A stretch of 10,966 nucleotides of DNA from NCBI GenBank assembly GCA_044869275.1, contig JBIOXB010000225.1, positions 1-10,966 on the forward strand, written 5' to 3'. Below, piece by piece: positions 1-6,123 of this stretch. The notes beneath the pieces were generated by a model. The model ran no database searches. It saw nothing but the letters and a program-made list of their open reading frames with translations, and was not told the origin of the DNA. Made by a program: the position numbers and the translations under genes. This DNA is from a bacterium (GTDB lineage Bacteria > Zhuqueibacterota > Zhuqueibacteria > Zhuqueibacterales > Zhuqueibacteraceae). How positions within the stretch are numbered: the stretch's first letter is position 1; every line of letters begins with the position of its first letter.

Positions 1-96
1 TCGGGTTTTCAATTGTCGTTGCCGCAGATGGACGTGCAAAAAGTATCGGAAGTTCTGCTCCAGCGCATCGCCGATACGCTTTGTTACGCGGCTTGA
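1..96 (+). CDS. 3' end of a gene entering from the left (partial); weak resemblance to the C-terminus of CoaB/CoaBC
   Basis: Frame 1 is open from base 1 to TGA at 94-96: SGFQLSLPQMDVQKVSEVLLQRIADTLCYAA*. The 'LP.M...V...LL.RI' pattern recalls CoaBC C-termini, but only 31 aa are visible. Confidence 0.4.
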   Translation, partial: SGFQLSLPQMDVQKVSEVLLQRIADTLCYAA

Positions 97-182
97 CAAA
101 GAACATTTTGGATAAAGTCCAGCTAAGTCAGGTCACTCAATCGTTCTTCAACTTTCTTCGTAAGCATTGACCTCAATGAATA

Positions 183-653
183 TCATGCACGGTCTGAAGA
201 ACTTTGAGTATGCCGGCTGGCATCCATAAACCGTTTTGCTTCATTCTGCACCACCCCTACCATGCTCATTAAGCCCATCCCCTTCCCCATGGTCAAATCT
301 CTGCCAAAAATCTGATACGCGATTTCACCAGAAACCTGCGCCACTTGCTCGACCGGCGCACCGGAAAGTGCTTCATCCAGAATTGCGGCCATCGCTTTTG
401 CCGAAATGCCTTGGGGATTTTCCACGGCAAAATAAAATTTCAACCCGCCCTCCGCCTGCGGCTCCGACCAGACATAGGCTTCCGATTCGCAATATTGCAC
501 GCGATGCTGCTCGGGAAAGGGCCGCGTGGCAATACGCTCCGGTACTTCGCGAAAACGCTTGGCATAGTCGATCAGCATTTCCCCGCGAATCTCACGATCG
601 GAAATGCTGGAGAAAAGTTCGAGCAGCTTTTGTAGTTTGGGAGGGGCATTCAT
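183..653 (-). CDS. sufE: SufE-family Fe-S assembly sulfur-acceptor protein (156 aa)
   Basis: R.EMLIDYAK.F, then RVQYCESEAYVW carrying the single Cys (SufE 'V.GC.S.v.l' motif), then FYFAVENPQGISAKAMAAIL...LSGAP.EQV. Size fits SufE. ATG at 653 preferred over TTG at 674; the SD is weak (AGAAG). Confidence 0.88.
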   Translation of the reverse strand: MNAPPKLQKLLELFSSISDREIRGEMLIDYAKRFREVPERIATRPFPEQHRVQYCESEAYVWSEPQAEGGLKFYFAVENPQGISAKAMAAILDEALSGAPVEQVAQVSGEIAYQIFGRDLTMGKGMGLMSMVGVVQNEAKRFMDASRHTQSSSDRA

Positions 654-782
654 GACCGATCTTCTACATGTCAAGCGGTTGTCAACCAGGAAAACTTCTT
701 GGCACGCTAGGCTTTATCCTGTAAACGATGCGAAATTCGTAAAACGCAAACAGCATCACCGGTTACGATTCATCGCGTTGTA

Positions 783-811
783 AATATAGTCATCCTCAGG
801 CAGGTTCGCAA
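783..811 (-). promoter_or_regulatory. Candidate sigma70 promoter for sufE
   Basis: Minus strand TTGCGA (811-806), exactly 17 nt, then TATATT (788-783), inside the 300-nt intergenic gap. Implies a start near 776 and a leader of about 120 nt. Confidence 0.55.
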
Positions 812-953
812 GCTGCAGATGCAGATCGATCGGGCGGGAAAAAACGGAAACAGAAAACACCAGGTTCAATAACACATACTGCAAATTCATAGAATGCGAC
901 TTGCCGGGATTGTTGATCCACGCGCCCATATGCCGCCGCGGGCTTTCAAAGCC

Positions 954-2750
954 TCAATTCCCCGAGCGTACTCGTACCCCGGTCGGTGCAGAAGGCGGAA
1001 TAATGTCACCTTCTCCTCCCCCGCCATCCGTGGGCGGAAGCACGGCCGAGGTATTCACAAACTTGAAGGCGTCCGCGATCACCACGCCGCCGGAAACCTG
1101 GTTGGTGATGGTGACATTGCCGCTCGTTCCGGCGTCGAAATAATATTTGCCCAGGGAATTCCATCGCCCCTGGTTGCGCGATTGATCGATCTGCACTGTG
1201 GCCGTGCCGCCACGATGCTTGATCGAGCAGGGCACATTCGAGGCTTCCTGTGCTTCATTGGGATCGTTGCCGTGGAACGAATGCCATTCCAACACTTCAT
1301 ATTCACCGGCCACGCCGATGGTGGGCGTATAAACCGCGCGGTTCTCTCCACTGCCTCCGCTCGTGAACGCATATGGCGCACCGAATTCATCCCAGCCGTA
1401 ATTCAGGGCATACGCTCTGGTCTGCATCACTTTGCCCTGATCTTGTTGCTGCCAATTGCCGGTAAAGACCGCGGCGTCACAATTGGGCGAAGTCATGTTG
1501 CGGCGCACGTTATCGACCACGATTTCCGCGATCACCACTTTGGGTTCCTTGAACAATAAAATGCCGTCGCCGGTTTGATTTCTGGTATTGTCCGCGCCCG
1601 AGCCGGCGAGCGTGATGGCAGTGAATGGCTGGCCGTTGTTCACGGCCGGCACTTGCCCGCCCAAAAAACGATAAAACGGCCCGCCGCTCAGCTCTGCCGC
1701 GGCAACTGATTGGATTTTGCCTGAGCCGTTGGTGATCACCACGCCTTTGTCGAAATAACGCACCCACACGCCCGCCTTGATCTGTTGCGGAGCGCCGGTG
1801 GGATGGCCCAAATCCGTCAGATACTCGTCGAAGATATAAGTCCAACGATGCGCGCTCGCACCTTCATCCATGCCGAAAAACGCGCCGGCCAGACAGGCAG
1901 TGGTGAGGAGAAAACGCATGCGTTGGAAGTCTTCGGGGTTGCCCTTGCCTTCTACGAAATTCACCCGCGGCACCACCGCGGAGTTTGCAAACGGCAGCAG
2001 GATTTGCTCGAAACGCCATTGCCAGTCTTCACCGGTCCAGCCTTCCATGCCGATGCCGTTGAGATAGCCGGTTTCTTTGGCGGAGGCTTCGTGCGCCATC
2101 GTGATTTTGCCCGGCGGCGTGAGCGTGCGCATTTTGTTGACAATGAGCTTGTTGCTTTCGCGCCAGAGGTCGTCGGCCATGGATTTGCTTTGGTTGTAAT
2201 CCGGCACGCCGTTGCGGTCAAAGTCAACTTTGGAATAATTCGCCATCCATTCTATGCTGCCGGCCCACGAATCCCAAAACGTGCCGTCGAACACCGTCCA
2301 ATCCGTGCGATCGGCAAGATGCTTCCCCAGGAAATCATTCCAACGCTTGCCGTTGACCAGCGGACATCGATCGGTGCCGTCGTACAGGCAATCGCCCGGG
2401 TGTGCGTTATTGTGCCAGCCCGGCAAACAGGAACTGTCGACCGTCGGCACCAGCCATTGATCGGAAGCGTCCTTCAAAGTATTGCCGTCGATGACATTGT
2501 TGCAGGCAATGACGATTTTCTCGGGATGGAATTTCTTGACTTCACGCGCGATTTCTGGATACCAAAATCGCGTGACGATGAGATCGTGGTACTTCCAGAT
2601 TTCTTGGGGTATGTTGGCTTCGTAAAAGTAAATCACGCCGATGCGGGGGAATGGCGGATTGAAATTCTGAGCAAATACTTTGGCGGAGGGCATCGCCAGC
2701 AACACCAGGGCGCAGCTCCATCTCCAAATCCAGCCCGTCAGTGGACGCAT
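954..2750 (-). CDS. Secreted putative glycoside hydrolase (GHL15-like TIM barrel) with C-terminal golvesin/xanthan-lyase-type beta-sandwich and PPxAPTG tail (598 aa)
   Basis: AAGGAG SD 6 nt before ATG 2750. Signal peptide MRPLTGW...SAKVFA|Q. Motifs FPRIG, FDGTFWD (D160), NGIGMEG (E236), MRFLLT, DEY..DLG.P.G and GVWVRYFDKGVVITN. Region 1053-1526 has IVVDN...GEYEVLEWH...ASNVP..I.H.GG...V.IDQ..N.G.W.SLG.Y.F.AG...VIADAF.F. Confidence 0.75.
   Translation of the reverse strand: MRPLTGWIWRWSCALVLLAMPSAKVFAQNFNPPFPRIGVIYFYEANIPQEIWKYHDLIVTRFWYPEIAREVKKFHPEKIVIACNNVIDGNTLKDASDQWLVPTVDSSCLPGWHNNAHPGDCLYDGTDRCPLVNGKRWNDFLGKHLADRTDWTVFDGTFWDSWAGSIEWMANYSKVDFDRNGVPDYNQSKSMADDLWRESNKLIVNKMRTLTPPGKITMAHEASAKETGYLNGIGMEGWTGEDWQWRFEQILLPFANSAVVPRVNFVEGKGNPEDFQRMRFLLTTACLAGAFFGMDEGASAHRWTYIFDEYLTDLGHPTGAPQQIKAGVWVRYFDKGVVITNGSGKIQSVAAAELSGGPFYRFLGGQVPAVNNGQPFTAITLAGSGADNTRNQTGDGILLFKEPKVVIAEIVVDNVRRNMTSPNCDAAVFTGNWQQQDQGKVMQTRAYALNYGWDEFGAPYAFTSGGSGENRAVYTPTIGVAGEYEVLEWHSFHGNDPNEAQEASNVPCSIKHRGGTATVQIDQSRNQGRWNSLGKYYFDAGTSGNVTITNQVSGGVVIADAFKFVNTSAVLPPTDGGGGEGDIIPPSAPTGVRVRSGN
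966..1016 (-). repeat. C-terminal peptide motif copy 1 (GEGDIIPPSAPTGVRVR)
   Basis: 11 of 17 residues identical to the tail at 6133-6183, plus two V/I exchanges. Preceded by a Pro/Gly linker (PPTDGGG) and followed by SGN-stop. Confidence 0.85.
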
Positions 2751-2806
2751 CACAAACTCCTTGTTTATGAGACTCGCCTCTTGTCGTGTTGCACTACCGC
2801 CCTTGC

Positions 2807-3529
2807 TCAACAAACTTCATCCTTGTGCGCCAGACACTCGAAGTGCGCACCGCGCCATCGCGCCGAAACACAAACATGCCGGGAAAGGCGATAATCTCCG
2901 AAGCGGCTTTTTTCCATGATGGCACGCAGCTCGGCCTCGATCAGATAAAAAGAGCGTATGCGTTCTTGCATCTTTTCTCTGAAGGTGGCCGGCACCAGCG
3001 GAAAGACCGTTTCCACCATCCGCCTTTTCAGGCTTTTTTCCTCCTGCCGCGAATCCCGGTCGACCACGGTAAAAAAAAGCGCGCCACCGGGTTTGAGCGC
3101 GTGAAACAATTTGTCGCACACCTCCGCGTCAAAAGGCGTGTTTTCGCCCAGCATGCCGATGGAATAGATCAAATCGTAGCGCTCTGGCGGCAGCGTCATG
3201 CGGTAAAAATCGGCGCAAATCAATTCGATCTCACGCACACGCACGCTTTCGGGAAGCACCGGATGGCGCGCTTGTGCGAGCATCTGGCTGGAAATGTCCA
3301 TGCCGGTCAGGCGCCTGACGTTCTCGAGGCAATGAAACGACCGGCCGGAGCCGCAACCCAGATCCAGGACTTCGAGGTCGCGTTGAAACGAACGTGTGAT
3401 CTCGCGCAAGACACTGCAGGTATGCCGCGGGCTTTCTTCGTGAATCGTATCTTCGTCAAACCGGCGATATTCGAGGGCGCATTGGTCGTAATAGTTTTTG
3501 ATCTGCTCCATCTTGGACTGGAATTTCAT
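2807..3529 (-). CDS. Class I SAM-dependent methyltransferase (240 aa)
   Basis: Motif I VLDLGCGSGR, post-I LTGMDIS..ML..AR, ICADF, YDLIYS and LKPGG.L. ATG 3529 has AGGGG 7 nt upstream, so it is preferred over 3568. Confidence 0.9.
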   Translation of the reverse strand: MKFQSKMEQIKNYYDQCALEYRRFDEDTIHEESPRHTCSVLREITRSFQRDLEVLDLGCGSGRSFHCLENVRRLTGMDISSQMLAQARHPVLPESVRVREIELICADFYRMTLPPERYDLIYSIGMLGENTPFDAEVCDKLFHALKPGGALFFTVVDRDSRQEEKSLKRRMVETVFPLVPATFREKMQERIRSFYLIEAELRAIMEKSRFGDYRLSRHVCVSARWRGAHFECLAHKDEVC

Positions 3530-3726
3530 GGCGCAACCCCTGGAAGTGTATGGCAGACCTGACACCAATCATGAATTTCCTCGATGGTGGAGCGCCCCTG
3601 ACATCATGCTGTCATTCAAATCGCTCCAGGTCCAATCCGCTTCCAGTTGCGAGGAGGGGCCGATCGATAGGTGCCTTATATTACACTCCAGCGGGCGCCA
3701 CTGCGCATCCGAAACACCCGCCCGGC

Positions 3727-4704
3727 TCAAAGGCCGGCGGCAGCGCCGTTCCGAAAATACTCGTAAATGCGCGTAATAATGCCGGTCAAATCGATCTTCG
3801 GTTCATATCCGATGAGGGCTTTGATCTTGCTCAAATCAGGCACGCGCCGCGCCATGTCTTCGAAGCCCTGCTCGTAGGCTTCCTCGTACGGAATCAATTT
3901 GATTTGCGATTTGCTGCCGGTGAACTCGCGCACGCGTTTGGCCAGCTCCAGAATGGTGATTTCTTCGGTGTTGCCGATATTGAAAATCTGGCCGAGCGCT
4001 TGGGGATGATTCATCAATTTGATCAGCGCGCCGACCACGTCGCCGACATAACCAAAGCAGCGCGATTGTGTGCCGTCGCCATAAACGGTAAGGTCTTTGT
4101 TCTCGATCGCCTGCTTGATGAAGCGCGGCACCACCATGCCGTACTGGCCGGTTTGGCGCGGCCCGACGGTATTGAACAAGCGCACGATCACGACCGGCAA
4201 GCCCTTCTCCTTGAAATAAGCCAGCGCCAGAAATTCGTCGATGGCTTTCGAGCAGGAATAGCTCCAGCGGCTTTTCGTGGTCGGTCCGAGCAGACGATCA
4301 TCGTCCTCGCTGAATGGCACTTTGGTGTTTTTGCCGTAAACCTCGGAGGTCGAGGTGATCAGCACTTTGCGCTTGTAGCGATTGGCGATTTTCAGCACCG
4401 TTTCCGTGCCGAGCACGCAGCGTTCGATCACTTCCACCGGGCTGCTGACGATCAATTCCACGCCGACCGCGGAGGCGAGATGGTAGATCACGTCGCATTC
4501 GCTCACCAGGCGATCCATCACGGATTCGTTCAGGATGGTCTCGATGGCAAAATGAAACCGCTCATGGCCGCGCACGTGGGAAAAATTCTCCATACGGCCC
4601 GTGGACAGGTCGTCGATGATGGTGACGGAGTCGCCCGCCGCCAGCAGGGCGTCGGTTAAATGCGACCCGATGAATCCGGCGCCGCCGGTAATCAAAACTT
4701 TCAT
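3727..4704 (-). CDS. NAD-dependent nucleotide-sugar epimerase/dehydratase (extended SDR; ArnA-decarboxylase / UDP-glucuronate decarboxylase-like subfamily)
   Basis: ITGGAGFIGSHL Rossmann motif, YHLA, STSEVYG, RWSYSCSK (YxxxK; compare ArnA RWIYSVSK), RLFNTVGPRQ and GDGTQSRCF. Confidence 0.93.
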   Translation of the reverse strand: MKVLITGGAGFIGSHLTDALLAAGDSVTIIDDLSTGRMENFSHVRGHERFHFAIETILNESVMDRLVSECDVIYHLASAVGVELIVSSPVEVIERCVLGTETVLKIANRYKRKVLITSTSEVYGKNTKVPFSEDDDRLLGPTTKSRWSYSCSKAIDEFLALAYFKEKGLPVVIVRLFNTVGPRQTGQYGMVVPRFIKQAIENKDLTVYGDGTQSRCFGYVGDVVGALIKLMNHPQALGQIFNIGNTEEITILELAKRVREFTGSKSQIKLIPYEEAYEQGFEDMARRVPDLSKIKALIGYEPKIDLTGIITRIYEYFRNGAAAGL

Positions 4705-4796
4705 GCAGAATTCTCTTTTGATAAAGATGAAATAAGCCTCATCCTCTACTTGCTTTGACCGCCCTCCTGGCAGCCATTCCTATGCGGCGGACCGCG

Positions 4797-5771
4797 TCAT
4801 GCCGGACGCGCCTCTTTCTGCCGCTCTCCATCGAGTTTCGCGCGCAGTTCCGCCACGCTGCCTTCCGGCTCGCGCGTGCCCTGATAGAAACCCCAGCTCC
4901 AGGCGCATGCACCCAAGAAAAAAAACGGCAGCGTCAAAACAAATTCCAACAATTGTTTCACATTGTGTGGCCAGCGGTTCTGCAGCACGAATTTCAGGGT
5001 ACGCAAAACGCGCACCAATGGCAAGAGCGGCAGCAGCTCAGGATGCCGGGCGAGAGCCGCTCCCGGCAGGGGCAGAATGCGCCGCGCCAGCGCGGCATTG
5101 AAGCCGAGCACATTTTGATTGCGCATGAACGGTGCGAAGGCACGGCGATTGAGATGGCGGATTTGGATGCGCGGCTCGAACAGAACTTTTACGCCGCTGC
5201 GGCGCAAGTGATGAATGAACACCACGTCTTCCGAGGCGCGCATATCCGAAAAGGCGCCAAGGCGCTCGAAAATCTCGCGGCGCACGGAAAGATTGTTCGT
5301 CGGCAGGACGTCGATCTCGCGTTGCGGTGAAGCCGCGGAAAATTCGCGAAATTCCAGGAAGTATTCTGCGATGCTGACCGGATGCCAGGGAAAGGCGTTG
5401 ATCACGCCGCCGCCGATCACTTGATAACTCGAGGCGTGCGCGTTTCCTATCTCCTGTAACCAATTGGCGGCGACGAGGCAGTCGGAATCCGTCAACGCCA
5501 ATATTTTTCCACGCGCCCGGGCGATGCCGTAATTGCGCGCCTGGCCCGGCAGTGTTTTTTCGGCAAGATGAAAAAAACGGACGTATGGAAATTGCGCGCG
5601 CACAATTTCCGGCGTGCGATCGTTCGAGCTGTCCACCAAAATGATTTCATACGCGGCCCCGGTCTCCTGCTGCAACAAGGCGGACATGCACGCTGCAATC
5701 GAACGCTCCGAATTATAAGACGGCACGACCACGGAAATCTCCGGCACGCCTTCACTGCCAACCACCGGCAT
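4797..5771 (-). CDS. Glycosyltransferase family 2 (GT-A fold) with hydrophobic C-terminal segments
   Basis: ISVVVPSYN, EIILVD.S.D.T, G.ARN.G, LTDSDC (DxD), F...SED. AAGGA SD overlaps the upstream stop codon. Confidence 0.93.
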   Translation of the reverse strand: MPVVGSEGVPEISVVVPSYNSERSIAACMSALLQQETGAAYEIILVDSSNDRTPEIVRAQFPYVRFFHLAEKTLPGQARNYGIARARGKILALTDSDCLVAANWLQEIGNAHASSYQVIGGGVINAFPWHPVSIAEYFLEFREFSAASPQREIDVLPTNNLSVRREIFERLGAFSDMRASEDVVFIHHLRRSGVKVLFEPRIQIRHLNRRAFAPFMRNQNVLGFNAALARRILPLPGAALARHPELLPLLPLVRVLRTLKFVLQNRWPHNVKQLLEFVLTLPFFFLGACAWSWGFYQGTREPEGSVAELRAKLDGERQKEARPA

Positions 5772-5783
5772 AGCGGTTTTCCT

Positions 5784-6101
5784 TCACGCAATCGCTGCAT
5801 ATAGAATCGAAATCACGATCAAAAAAATGATCGTCATCGCCACGATTTGAAACGTCACGATCGAACTGATCACCGCGCCGCCTTTTTCCCCGAGCACCTG
5901 GCGCACGCTTTTCAGCAGTGTTTGATACCAGCGGTATAACATATAAAAGATCGGCACCCCGGTCAGCAGGCTGATGCCAATCGACCACACATGATCGCGC
6001 AAAGGAATGGCTTCCCGCACCACCGTCACCGCCATGAAGCCGCCAAAGCACAAGCCGAAAGTAAAAAACATCATCGCTTGTTTGACTTTTGATTCGTTCA
6101 A
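5784..6101 (-). CDS. Small integral membrane protein, about 3 TM helices, function unknown (105 aa)
   Basis: Fills the gap between the PL8 and GT2 genes in the same orientation. AGAGGT SD 5 nt before TTG 6101 (alternative ATG at 6074). Three hydrophobic stretches. Confidence 0.75.
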   Translation of the reverse strand: MNESKVKQAMMFFTFGLCFGGFMAVTVVREAIPLRDHVWSIGISLLTGVPIFYMLYRWYQTLLKSVRQVLGEKGGAVISSIVTFQIVAMTIIFLIVISILYAAIA

Positions 6102-6123
6102 TTCAGACCTCTACAATTCCATG

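Noticed and set aside
93..118. TTGACA (93-98) with TAAAGT (113-118) as a plus-strand promoter
   Set aside because: The spacer is only 14 nt, the TTGACA overlaps the stop codon of the partial gene, and it would fire antisense into sufE.
699..715. TTGGCACG resembling a sigma54 -24 box
   Set aside because: The GC is 8 nt, not 10 nt, from the GG, and it points toward no plus-strand gene.
756..890. 44-codon minus-strand ORF MNLQYVLLNLVFSVSVFSRP...NRNR in the gap upstream of sufE
   Set aside because: No SD, and it overlaps the better-supported promoter at 783-811. It cannot be fully excluded without ribosome profiling.
3555..3565. GUCAGGUC on the minus strand, resembling the SRP (4.5S) RNA core
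   Set aside because: The following CGGAAGGAAGCAGC signature of SRP helix 8 is absent.
1785..4659. Long plus-strand ORFs 1785-2894, 2786-3562 and 3550-4659 (258-369 aa)
   Set aside because: They lie antisense to well-supported minus-strand genes and show no recognisable motifs. Such shadow ORFs are expected from codon bias in GC-rich DNA.
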